A program made the position numbers and the translations under genes. From Chrysomallon squamiferum (lineage: Eukaryota; Animalia; Mollusca): DNA of 64,000 nucleotides. A model generated the notes under the pieces. The model had not been told where the DNA came from. It was given only the letters and a program-made list of their open reading frames with translations, and ran no database searches. This document shows positions 25,716 to 40,070 of this stretch, one piece after another (positions within the stretch are counted from its first letter, which is position 1; each line of letters starts with the position of its first letter). The stretch covers positions 5,394,001-5,458,000 of the forward strand of contig CM022666.1 of NCBI GenBank assembly GCA_012295275.1. Direction: 5' to 3'.

Positions 25716-26647
25716 CTCTTGTTTACCAGAAAGATCTGGCGACAGACGCCAAACTGCAAGGTCGGGAACACGTTGACAAATAACGTGAGTCCCTCTTTCA
25801 TAAAAGGACTGAGATAATTAATTTTTTTTGGTCAGGGTAACGGTCGCTGTCCACTGAACGCACTGTGTAACTAGAAATATATATTGCCTTTTACTTTCTT
25901 TTCGTTAACGAAATGATATTTATATTATGTGTTAGAGACAGCTGCACTTTAAAAGATAATAATATTGTAATGAAAACAAACAGAAAATTAAGTTTCCCAT
26001 AAACTGTTGTTTTATTTCCGATGACCCGTTGTCCTTCAAATCACATTTTTATTGACTCTGAGAAAATATAACCTTCTCGAGAGAATGAGATGCTTAGGAT
26101 CAAAAATGAAATCAAAATTAATAATTAAAAGTTGCACAATGTTCGTAAATAAACTACATGCATTTATTGCTGGTTGTTACTGTTGTAGTTCTTGTTATTA
26201 TTAATATTAACATTGCTATTGTCGTTCAGGGTTCAGGTGGAAAAAAGCTAAAAAACAACAACAATAAAAAACAATAATAAACAAAACAACAAACAATACA
26301 AATGTGAGATACTATTAGCCCTCCTCCACACACACATACGCACTCACACAGTCACACACACACACACACACACGCACTCACACAGTCTCACACACACACA
26401 CACACACACCGTGATCTATTTAAGAATATTGCCCCGAGTTGTTTTTATGATAGAAACTACGCCAAGTACCTGTGATCTACAGGCAGGAACAGAAACATGG
26501 AAAGAAAAACGTAACAACTGACTACTAATCTCAGATATGTTATTATTTTTTGTTTAATCACTCTTAACAGTCTAACCCTAAATAAATGAACAAAAAGTTA
26601 ATCAGAATATCTGTATTATCTGATTTCAAACGCCCTATGCAGTATAA

Positions 26648-26757
26648 CAGGGTTCGGGAAGCTTTTGCAGAGATGTTATCAGATAGCACCGCGGTGTTTT
26701 GGAGGAGTGGCAAGTTAATGTAATAATTGGTGGCTGACCAAGTGTTGCCGACCCCTG
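26648..26757. mobile_element. hAT-like MITE remnant
   Basis: Imperfect TIRs CAGGGTTCGGGAAGC and (reverse complement) CAGGGGTCGGCAACAC. Related ends at about 1492-1506, 7094-7110, 20177-20261 and 45097-45112. No clean TSD seen. Confidence 0.5.
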
Positions 26758-27730
26758 AACAGTAGCAGCGTAAATGAAGCAGACACAGAAATGAGATATC
26801 AGTCACACGTTACGTGTACATTTTTCAGCGACGTCATTGTAACAAGGCACTTTACAAACAGCTGTTTATAAACACAGCACTGGTTGAACTACTTTTATAT
26901 ATGTGATATGAACATGGTTATATAACAGCAATATTTAACATACTGTATATAAAGTACACAAATTATCCTTCATAAAATAAAAATTAAATCATGTTACTGG
27001 CTGGTGTATAAGTGAAAAATGAGTTGAAAAATGATCTCATTAATTTTACTTTAAAAATAAGAAGAAAATGATAAATGCAGATCAAGACATTTGAACTACA
27101 TTTAAAGTAACTATCCAAGTAATAAAAATTAGGTGACCAGAGGTATCGCTGTAGTCTTTACTTAACAACAATGACAACAGCAAACAGTAATAATTATAAT
27201 GATGATGATGATAAATTTAATAGTAGTAGTAGCAGCAGCACTAATATAAATTATAGGAGTAGTAGAAAGAATAATACTAGTAATCATAATTATATAGTAA
27301 TAATATAGCAGTAGTTATAATGATGAAGATGATAGTGGTAATAAAGTTAATGATAATTATGATAGTCATAACAAAATTAATAATGACATGATGATAATAG
27401 CGATAATAAAATTAATAATCATAATATTTATGTTTCTGAAATGCTTCTAAAAAGAAAATTCTTATTGTGATAAAACAAAAAAATGCTTTAAATAGATTGT
27501 TTATTATTCAGATTTTACATGAATTTGTAAATGTAACGTGTATATAAACATTTATACTCTGATAATTTCAATGCATGAGTACATACTGTATAAAGAAATC
27601 CTTTTTAACTGGATCATCCACTTAACTTGTATTAATCATTACAAACTAATCAGTGAACATTTAACTTTCATCAGTTAATTTATATAGAAAACCAGAAATA
27701 TTTAAATATTTATTCACTGAATACAAAACA

Positions 27731-27814
<84 letters not shown>

Positions 27815-30419
27815 GATCTTCAGTACTGAGCATCAAAAAGGGATGCTAGGAAGAAAGGCTCCTTTGATCTGGAGATTTAAAGAAAATAAAACGTGTAAGT
27901 GATACTAACCGATATATAAATAGTACTATCACGTGACTGGAATTCTAGTCAAGGTCAAGGTCTGTGTACCATGAATGAGGAAACTATTATCTGATGTAAA
28001 TTTAGCTTTCATGGTCAGTCGTATTAACAAGAGTTAAGCACGCGAAATAGGGTGCTATTTGGTCTAGAACAGACACTGACATGCGCAGTTTAGTCAGTGA
28101 CGTGTCAAAGTGGAAGTGTACTGATAAAAAAATGTTAATATGTAAAGTTATTCAACTTACTGGGTAAAAATAATTAATGTAGGTAAACGTGAATTTTTGA
28201 ACATCTACAAAGTCATTTTATACACACGTACATACTATTATGTATATTTAGTTAATATTCGCACTTAACTGTTCCATGACCTTATTCAGAGCAGAGTTCA
28301 GATGGAAAAAAAACACAAAAAAAAAAAAAAAAGAAAAAAAAAAACACAAACAAACAAAGAAAAACAACAACAAAAACAATAACAAACAAAAAAATAATAC
28401 AAAACAAGCAAGCCACACACACACACGCACACGCATACACTAATCTATTTTAAATGTTTTGGCTGAGTTGTTTTTATGATAGAAAGATAAAATCTTTTTA
28501 TTTTTATTCATTTATATTTAAAATCTTTTCAGTTGTTCAACATGCTTATCTGGACTAAAGATAACAGTGATCGCGTGATTCAAGCAGACTGTAAAATAAG
28601 ATATCGGTGCAATCAAACGTTAGGTACACATTTCCCAGCCTGAAATCAGTGAATATCTTGAACACGTGGGTAGCTTAGAAAATAACTGTTTATAAACACT
28701 GCTCGGATAGAATTACTTTTAAAGATAATGTACTGGGCAGGTTTTCCAGTGAGCTACCATTGTTATTATTGTCGTTTTTTTTTTTTTGCAAGACAGCAAA
28801 TCAAACAGTGAAGGACGAGAGCATAACTATTAAAACTTAATCATGATACATGTGTGTGTGTGTGTGTGTGCACGTATGTAGGCGTATCCATATAAGTATA
28901 TGAAATGTACATGGTTATATAACAGCAATATTTAACATACTGTCTATAAAATATACAAATTATGCACACATATCACAATGTAATTTTGTTAGGTTTAAAT
29001 TAATTTCTTTTCATGTATCTTTCATTGTCTGATCCTCGCTGGTTTCGAAAATTATTCTTAGCCTGACAAAACCAGATCTGTTAAAAGATGAAAAGAGGGA
29101 ATAAAAAAAGGAATTAATTGTATGGGGTAAGATTAGTTCAAATACAATGTGTGTCTGTCTGTGTGTGTGTCTATGTGTGTGTTTGTGTGCGCGTGTAATT
29201 AATTTAACAGATCAATAATTTAACTCATAATGATAACACTAATATAACTATAATGATCAGAAACCAAATAAATAAATAAATGAATGAATAAATTAATACA
29301 AACAACAGCAGCAACAGCAACATTAACACTAATAATAATAATAATCATAATAATAATAAACATCAGCTTATTTAAAACTGAGCAGAATAATCTGAATGTC
29401 TCATTGTGTACAAACTGCAGTGTTGTCAGCTGCTGCTGGTGTAGTTGCAGTGCACGTTCATGACGTTCTAAATACGCTGCCATCCAGCTCTGGTACAAAG
29501 GAAGTTCCACTGTGTTTATTTGTTCTGCATGAGAAACAAGTCGACTGTTGATCATTTCAGCTTGGAGGTCTATGAATCCATTCTGAAATTTAAAAAATAT
29601 ATATTCAAATACACTGAATATTATACATCACAGTATGTCAGTTTTATAATATCATACACTGAATAAATGGTATTTGTTATGCTGAATCTTTAATGTTACA
29701 TCCTTTGATTTGTAAATTACAGGATAATGTAACGATCTTTAAGGATACCGTACTGGAATAATACTTTATCTCTGGATATGTAAATTACATAGTATGTACA
29801 GTACCCTATTATATAATCTTTAATATTGTATATTAGAATGTATAAATTACATGGCATGTACTGTACTGGAATAATACCGTATTCCTGCATGTTCAAATTA
29901 CGTCATTCTGCAACTTTTGTCCTTTTTCCAGTTACATCTAAAAAAGAAATATAAAATTATTTAAACATAAACAAATAAACTCACAGATACCACTCACTAA
30001 ATCGTAATGGAGACCCAGTCTGTTTAAACTTTGCTAGGTAAGCACGACTTCTGACACATGTATTCTGCTATGAACAAGGAGACTACCGTGACAACTGCAT
30101 TTGGGATAAAAAGGTTTTGGAATACCTGGATGAAAAATATAATTAAAAGAAAATATTAACTGCCAAAAAATGTCATCAACAACAACAATTACAATAACAA
30201 TAGTTATAAATAACAACAGCAATAACAATAATAGTAATAAAATAATAATAATAATAATGATATTGCATTAACAACAACAGGCATTTTTTGAGATAAAAGA
30301 CCTTGAGTATGAAAGAGTTATCTTCCTTAGTATATAAATATATGCAGAACAAGCTCACACTAATACTCATGTATTAATAGACACGAATATATAAACATGG
30401 CTACACATATCAGACAGAA

Positions 30420-30470
<51 letters not shown>

Positions 30471-30502
30471 CATCATACACATACATATATACATACATAA
30501 TA

Positions 30503-30552
<50 letters not shown>

Positions 30553-30959
30553 GCAAAAGGAGACACACAACTACAGTGACAACAGCATTTGGGATAAACA
30601 GTGTTTAGACTACCTGGATGAAAACTAAAATTGAAAAAATGTCATAAACAACAATAATTACAATAACAATAATAATAACAACAACAATAGCGGTAAAATT
30701 CTTAAAAAATATAAATAATAATGATGACATTGATATTACAATAACAACAACAATAACGATCATTATTTCAGAAAATGGTCCTTAAGTACGAAAGAGTTAT
30801 CTTCCTTAATATTCTCTGTCTAGACTTCTGCACTGATATACACTAGTATACATATATAAACACACACGCAAATACACGGAATACAGACGTCTGTTGTAAT
30901 ACATCAGTAAAAACGAGTATTAGCTACGATTAACCTACCTAGTACATAATTATCTATCA

Positions 30960-32210
30960 AACACAAACATGTAAACACATAGAGACAGGCATAAACATAC
31001 CAACCATTACCTACAAAACACACATGTATAGAAACATACCACACACACAAACATATAAACACACAGAGACAGGCATATACATACCTACCATTACCTACAA
31101 AACACACATGTACAGATACATACCACACACACAAAGATGTAAACACATAGAGACAGGCATACACATACCTACCATTACATACAAAACACACATGTAGAGA
31201 CACATACCACACACACAAACATGTAAACACATAGAGACAGGCATACACATACCTACCATTACATACAAAACACACATACACATACCACACACACAAACAT
31301 GTAAACACATAGAGACAGACAGACACATACCTACCATTACATACAAAACACACATGTATAGACACATACCACACACACAAACATGTAAACACATAGAGAC
31401 AGGCATACACATACCTACCATTACATACAAAACACACATGTATAGACACATACCACACACACAAACATGTAAACACATAGAGACAGGCATACACATACCT
31501 ACCATTACATACAAAACACACATGTATAGACACATACCACACACACAAACATGTAAACACATAGAGACAGGCATACACATACCTACCATTACATACAAAA
31601 CACACATGCACAGACACATACCACACACACAAACATGTAAACACATAGAGACAGACAGACACATACCTACCATTACATACAAAACACACATACACAGACA
31701 CATACCACACACACAAACATGTAAACACATAGAGACAGGCATACACATACCTACCATTACATACAAAACACACAGACACAGACACATACCACACACACAA
31801 ACATGTAAACACATAGAGACAGGCATACACATACATACCATTACCTACAAAACACACATACACATACACATACCACACACATACAGACAGGCATACACAT
31901 ACATACCATTACCTACAAAAGACACATACACAGACACATACCACACACACAAACATGTAAACACACAGAGACATGAATACACATACCTACCATTACATAC
32001 AAAACACACATGTATAGACACATACCACACACACAAATATGTAAACACATAGAGACAGGCATACAGATACCTACCATTACATACAAAACACACATGCACA
32101 GACACATACCACACACACAAACATGTAAACACATAGAGACAGGCATACACATACCTACCATCACATACAAAACACACATACACATACACAAACCACACAC
32201 AGAAACATAC
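30960..32210. repeat. 84-bp CA-rich minisatellite (about 15 units)
   Basis: Unit ACACAAACATGTAAACACATAGAGACAGGCATACACATACCTACCATTACATACAAAACACACATGTATAGACACATACCACAC; 28-aa periodicity in the ORF track. Confidence 0.93.
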
Positions 32211-32520
32211 ACACAAACACGATGTGCATATGCATGTACAGTCACACATATACATACTCACAAACATACATTAACACATTCCAAACAAGTACCCAACATT
32301 TCAACACACACCTGTGCAGAGACAGGTAAACTTAATGCTCACCTGAATACAGAATTTCTTAACACCTAGTCGAATATTTTCAAACAGAGTTTTAGGTTTT
32401 CAGTTTTCTCTCTAAATACGTCATCATCACCTTCGTCATCAGCTGTCAAGATGATTCACTGTTTGTATTACAGAAATACTGTGTGTGTGATAATGTATGC
32501 AAATAAATCTTCTCAGTATT

Positions 32521-33504
<984 letters not shown>

Positions 33505-33932
33505 ATACATATACTAGCAGTAATAAAGGGAGACAATTCACATAGATTACACAGAGAAACAACGGAACTGGGGAAAGACTGGATGGGCAGAGAAAGAGAT
33601 AAAAATACAAATAATTACTAATATTTTAAAATACGTTTAATATTTGTATTTCATTTAATCAAATTTTCTTAGTAGCTTCAAAGACATGTACTATCATCAT
33701 CATCATCATCACTGTCATTATTGTTATTATTATTATTATAATTATTATTATTGTTTTTATTTTTATTTATTTCTTTCATAGAATTCTATCCGTCTGTTAG
33801 TTTTCGAAACTTTTCCTATGAAGCAAGCGTTTATAGAAAAGAAGTGTGATAATCAGATAAATGACTGAAATATATTTTATTTTTGTTGTACTGTTTATTT
33901 ATTTATTATATACATCAACATTACGTAGATTA

Positions 33933-33985
<53 letters not shown>

Positions 33986-35461
33986 AGCATATGAATAATT
34001 CCTGGCTTTTATTCAAAGATAGAGCAGCCTGCACTGTTTTGCGGTGTAGAATTTTATATTACGGTATATATTTATGTGGTCTTTAACAGTAAATATGGGG
34101 TCAATTAACGGTTAATTAAAAATGTACTTAGTGACGTGGTTAAAGTAAACGACCACTCCATCGCATAATATTTACTACATTAGGACAAGCCAAGCGAATC
34201 CTGTAACCAATCACGTATTTTTGACAGCAGTGTGTAAATTTCATTCTACGTTGGTGATATTTCCATCTCATATAAACGTAAATACAACGTTCTTGACACT
34301 TCAGAGATAATAAAAACTGAAATTATTAAAACAATGGAGTGGACATGACTATGATGATATGTAAGGCAGATTGCCAGAAATATAAATAAAGAAATATTGC
34401 TTCACAAAAAGTTTTCGTGTTACTTTCTTCTTGTTTCCATAACTTTAAAATGCTCGAAATAGTACTCCTTATGGGTTTGCTCAGGCAGCCTGAAAACAGA
34501 ACCATTTTGAATCGGGGCTAAATATTAGTGAAACAAACCAGTTTTTCATACATTTTATTTACGGCTTGGACATAATTTTCCAAAAATTTCCACGACTTTC
34601 CAAAACGCGTAGGAAATTCATTCAGGTTATTCCAGTAAACAATCAGTATGTCAAGGTCACTGTATCCAAAAGACGAAAGGGGAGCCATCACGTGATATAA
34701 ATTTTAGCTTTGTTCAATAAATGCGCATGCGTATTAGCAAGACTTAGGACGCGCAATAGTGTATAGTGTTTTTACTATCATTTACTATCATACTGTGCGC
34801 GCGCACACACATATACTCTTATACATTTGTTTTTCTTTAATTTTAATCATTTTTTTTTATTATTTATTTTTTTTTTTACCATTGTTTTTAATTACTTATA
34901 TTTTTGCTTTTTTTTTTTTCTTCTTTTTCTTGTTGTTTTACAATTTTTATTTATTACTGATTATGAAGTAAAATTTATAGCCTGGATGGAAAGCTCAGTT
35001 CTAGAAGAAAGTTATTTATTATTTCTCAGAAACCTTAATCTTAAGAAACACACTCATACACACACATTTTTAAAGCAGTCTTATGAATGGGTGCACTGTC
35101 TTGCAAATGGCGTTCGTGACCTAGTTACTGCTTTGTAATTAAAAAATGTATCGGTGTTCATATTCATTTTCAACAACAATAACAACAACAACCACAACAG
35201 CAGATCTATTTATTTATATCAATAATAGTGCATTCAAACTTTCTAAATCCGTCTATTAATAATTCGGTTGACAACTTTACCTAGTGACCTGACTACTTAT
35301 TTATAGCTTGGGTGGAAAACCCAGTGTGTTGCAAAAATATTTTGTAATTTTGTAATTGCAAGCAAGTAACAGAAAATTATCTATTACTTGTTAGTATTCA
35401 TGACTCACGGGATCCAGTGATACAAATCTGTCCTGGGCAAACTGCGTGACTCAGTGCACTG

Positions 35462-36887
35462 CAATACAGTAATAATGTCTAATAGTACAGTAATAATGAC
35501 TCATAGTACAGTAGTACTGACTAATAGTACAATAATAATGCCTCATAGAACAATAATAATGTCTCATAGTACAGTAATAATGACTCATAGTACAGCAGTA
35601 CTGATTAATAGTACAGTAATAATGACTCATAGTACAGTAGTACTGACTAATAGTACAGTAATAATGACTCATAGTACAGTAGTACTGATTAATAGTACAG
35701 TAATAATGACTCATAGTACAGTAGTACTGACTAATAGTACAATAATAATGCCTCATAGTACAATAATAATGCCTCATAGAACAATAATAATGTCTCATAG
35801 TACAGTAATAATGACTCATAGTACAGCAGTACTGATTAATAGTACAGTAATAATGACTCATAGTACAGTAGTACTGACTAATAGTACAGTAATAATGACT
35901 CATAGTACAGTAGTACTGACTAATAGTACAATAATAATGCCTCATAGAACAATAATAATGTCTCATAGTACAGTAATAATGACTCATAGTACAGCAGTAC
36001 TGATTAATAGTACAGTAATAATGACTCATAGTACAGTAGTACTGACTAATAGTACAGTAATAATGACTCATAGTACAGTAGTACTGATTAATAGTACAGT
36101 AATAATGACTCATAGTACAGTAGTACTGACTAATAGTACAATAATAATGCCTCATAGTACAATAATAATGCCTCATAGAACAATAATAATGTCTCATAGT
36201 ACAGTAATAATGACTCATAGTACAGCAGTACTGATTAATAGTACAGTAATAATGACTCATAGTACAGTAGTACTGACTAATAGTACAGTAATAATGACTC
36301 ATAGTACAGTAGTACTGATTAATAGTACAGTAATAATGACTCATAGTACAGTAGTACTGACTAATAGTACAGTAATAATGACTCATAGTACAGTAGTACT
36401 GATTAATAGTACAGTAATAATGACTCATAGTACAGTAGTACTGACTAATAGTACAGTAATAATGACTCATAGTACAGTAGTACTGATTAATAGTACAGTA
36501 ATAATGACTCATAGTACAGTAGTACTGACTAATAGTACAGTAATAATGACTCATAGTACAGTAGTACTGATTAATAGTACAGTAATAATGACTCATAGTA
36601 CAGTAGTACTGACTAATAGTACAGTAATAATGACTCATAGTACAGTAGTACTGATTAATAGTACAGTAATAATGACTCATAGTACAGTAGTACTGACTAA
36701 TAGTACAGTAATAATGACTCATAGTACAGTAGTACTGATTAATAGTACAGTAATAATGACTCATAGTACAGTAGTACTGACTAATAGTACAATAATAATG
36801 CCTCATAGTACAATAATAATGCCTCATAGAACAATAATAATGTCTCATAGTACAGTAATAATGACTCATAGTACAGCAGTACTGATT
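35462..36887. repeat. 21-bp minisatellite array (about 68 units) with higher-order variant structure
   Basis: Units such as ATAGTACAGTAATAATGACTC, ATAGTACAGTAGTACTGACTA, ATAGTACAGTAGTACTGATTA and ATAGTACAATAATAATGCCTC; 7-aa periodicity in both long ORFs. Confidence 0.95.
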
Positions 36888-37065
36888 GAATGATGCTTCC
36901 TCTGCTTCGTTGTTAATTACTCTTATTCAGTTCATGTATCGCCAGCAATTATGTAATCATTTTAAATCATATTCCAATAGCATAACTAATTAGTAATGGA
37001 ACAAATATAAAAATAAATTTAAAAAGGTTAGATATACCAACATCACAATTCACAAAAAAACACAA

Positions 37066-37110
<45 letters not shown>

Positions 37111-37273
37111 CCCCCACTGAAGACTTTAAAGAAAGATTCAAGTATGTCTAATATAAATGTTTCAGTATAATGTTAAAGTAAAAGAATCGTTTTATATATA
37201 CAAGTCCATAGGTACAGTGGGCGTACAGAACATTAAATATGAACAGTTATAATTCAGGCCTCTCGTAAAAATT

Positions 37274-39186
37274 TTACAGCATATACAGGCCAAAGTAGGT
37301 TGTCTCAGGATCTCTCAAAATTCTGTTCACAACTGATGTTCTCACCACTACGGTGTCATTGGCTTTCAGGTAGTAAACAGCTCCAATGTAGGAAGGAACA
37401 AAACCTTCCTGGTATCTTCGTAATTTGCATGTTGACTGAGGATTTGTGTAGAGAACTTCATAATCTGGATATATTTCAATTGAGTGACACAGTCTAGCGT
37501 ATTCTAGCTCTCTAATGTGGTTGGCATGGAATAAAACGTTGCTGTATATGAAGTAGTAAGCAGCTTCTTTGACTTGAATCCCGTCAGCGACAACAGCCGC
37601 AGCTCCTTTCACAAACGATCTTTTACCAGACGACGTCCATTTGATCAAAGGCTTTGGTGTGTCTGAAAAGTTTGTAAGAATAAATTATTTTTAAATAATA
37701 TTTTTATTTTAAATTGTCAACAGTTGTAGTTAGTATTACTAATATATTTATATAACTACTACAAACTCCTGCTATTGACTACTTTAGTACAATCATTCAT
37801 ACTTTTACTACTAACGTGCTAATACTATTGTTATCACAATTTCTACTATTATTTCCTAACCACTACTAATAACTATGTGATTACTATTACAACTACTTTT
37901 ACCAGACCAACTACTACTATTACTTCTATTTTACTACTACCACATTTATTACCAAATCACCTTTTATACAGAGTATAATTACGTTGCTACTAATAGCTAC
38001 TACTCTACAACAACTACTACTACTCTACTACTACTATTACTAGTAATCTACTACTACTACTACTACTACTACTACAACTATACTACTACTTCTGCTGCTA
38101 CCACTGCTACTACTACTACTTGTTTTCATACTTTTGTCATATGTTGCATTCATTTCCATTTGTAGATGAGCTGATGTCTTCGCATTGTTTTTATTATTCA
38201 GATTGTAAGCGACCTCTCTGACCTGCTTAAGGTTCTGTTCTGAAAATATATATATATATACATATAGATACAGACACATGTAGACTACTGATACATGTAT
38301 AAATATATAGATTCATACATACATACATAGATTAGTAGACATTGTTTTTATTATCTCTGATCTGCTTAAGTTTTGGTTCTGAAACACACACACAAATATA
38401 CACTTGTACATGTTTACATACATAGACTGTATACAAATATGCACATACATACAAATACATAATTATAAAAACTTTTGTGGATATTTAAATATGAGTGCCT
38501 GAATGTTTCTGTTTGTGTGTGGGTCTTTTTCTGTATGTTTGTCTGTCTGTGTTTGGGTATGTATGTGTTTATGACTTTCCTTGTGTGAGTCTGTGTTTCT
38601 GCGACTTTGTCGTTTTTATGTATGTCTGAGTGTATCTGTATATGTTAACTTACCACTTTTCTCAGATTTTGTATGACTTTCACTCAGTTTCTAAAAAGAA
38701 TGTTAATATCCAATTTGAAACTAGTCCACAATAATCAATTTTAAATGTATAAATGTTTTTCAGCACTATTAATTTCTGCTTTTCATAATTCAAATATTAT
38801 TATTTCATTATAATGTATTGTACTTTTGAATATTTTTATAAAGAATTTACCTCTTTCTTAATTTCATATCTACAGAAAAGATTTTTTTTTTTTTTTAAGT
38901 TTCTAGAATTAAATACAGAATTTACCTTTTTCATAATTTCACTGATCACTTTTTCTCCATCTCTGTAACAGCAATACGTGGTATTGTTCCTGGTTCTGGT
39001 CGTAGATTTGTCATCACAACAATTTTCTCCTGGTTTGCATGAGATTTTCACACACAGTTCCTTGTCAAACAACAAGCTGGTTTCACTGTTCAGAAATTCG
39101 TTTAATGTTCCAGATGCAATGAAACTGATGAGTATGAAGTTTAGTACCATAAGAGAAACGGCAAGGACTGGACGAATTGGTACCAT
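37274..39186 (-). CDS. TNF ligand superfamily member (TRAIL/TNFSF10-like), copy C; intact, 264 aa, 4 coding exons
   Basis: Coding exons 39186-38926 (261 nt), 38690-38654 (37 nt), 38239-38132 (108 nt), 37662-37274 (389 nt). Same lengths and phases as copy A, GT-AG introns, ends TTYFGLYML*. Confidence 0.93.
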
Positions 39187-39319
39187 TTTGTGTAATAACT
39201 TTTATTTCCTTTAGAAGTAATCTGTAAAACATGACGAAAAGAAGAAAAAAATGCTATTAGTAATAAATAATACCAAGATAAATACACACACGCGCACCCG
39301 TACACAGTCTCAGTATGCA

Positions 39320-40070
39320 CACACCTATACTGATTCTGCCACACTCGGAGTTACTCCCCCTACTCTCGTTATCTACAGAATCGCCAAACAAAGCCTCTGA
39401 TAAAATTTCTCTGGTTTGCTCTATCATGTTTGACTGGGCAGTTGAAATGTTTGTTATGAATATTTACAATTCTAATAGCTCAGCCCTCTTGGCTCTTTTG
39501 ATAAACGTTACACTAGGATTGTTCAATGTATCTTAATCCATAATAATTTCTCCGTTTTGACTTATTTATTTTAATATCGTTATTATTTTGTTGTGTTGTG
39601 TTTTCTCAAGTGGATATAAACATAAATTAGCTGTCATTAAACTTAGAAAATACTCAATACATCTAAAGAAATAATTCCATAAGAATTTTAGAAAACGAGC
39701 CCCAAAATTAATTATTTGAAAAATCCCGGACGAGAGCCCCAACTTTTATGTTCCTGTCACGTGGTTTACATCTTTAAACACGTTGTATGTTTTATTATGA
39801 CTCAGTCTAGTGTAACAATGTGTTTTACTGGCCACCTAACAAAGAATATAAACGCTAAATTGACAGCAATCTATATAAATCAATAAGTCTATCTACTCAC
39901 TAGAGAAATAAACACAACAGTAGATACGATTCACGTTAATTATTTAATTATGATATACAGGTGACTTGATAATAATACATTAAACAATCATGAAACATAC
40001 GTTTACGTAATTGTGATTAATGATACGAGTACGGTCATACGAGTACGGTCACAAATGTAAAATTAGGTAT
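39320..40070 (-). mobile_element. Gypsy-type LTR retrotransposon relic (LTR end, tRNA-Pro PBS, gag 5' end) in intron 1 of TNF copy C
   Basis: Minus strand ...GGAACA-TAAAAGT-TGGGGCTCTCGTCCGGGAT (39741-39723), close to the canonical tRNA-Pro PBS TGGGGGCTCGTCCGGGAT. It is followed by the stop-interrupted frame MD*DTLNNPSVTFIKRAKRAELLEL*...REILSEALFG from 39541. The segment is absent from intron 1 of copies A and B. The upper boundary is approximate. Confidence 0.65.

Noticed and set aside
30904-32369. Cys/Val/Tyr-rich and His/Thr-rich ORFs up to 324 aa
   Set aside because: Translations of the 84-bp CA-rich minisatellite.
35462-36887. CRISPR-like regular array
   Set aside because: Units are adjacent with no unique spacers, there are no cas genes, and the context is eukaryotic.
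35451-36893. 472-aa and 479-aa ORFs on opposite strands
   Set aside because: By-product of a 21-bp (7-codon) tandem repeat lacking stops; no unique sequence, splice context or domain.
39723-39741. tRNA-Pro gene
   Set aside because: Only about 19 nt match the tRNA 3' end including CCA, which fits a retroelement primer-binding site rather than a tRNA gene.
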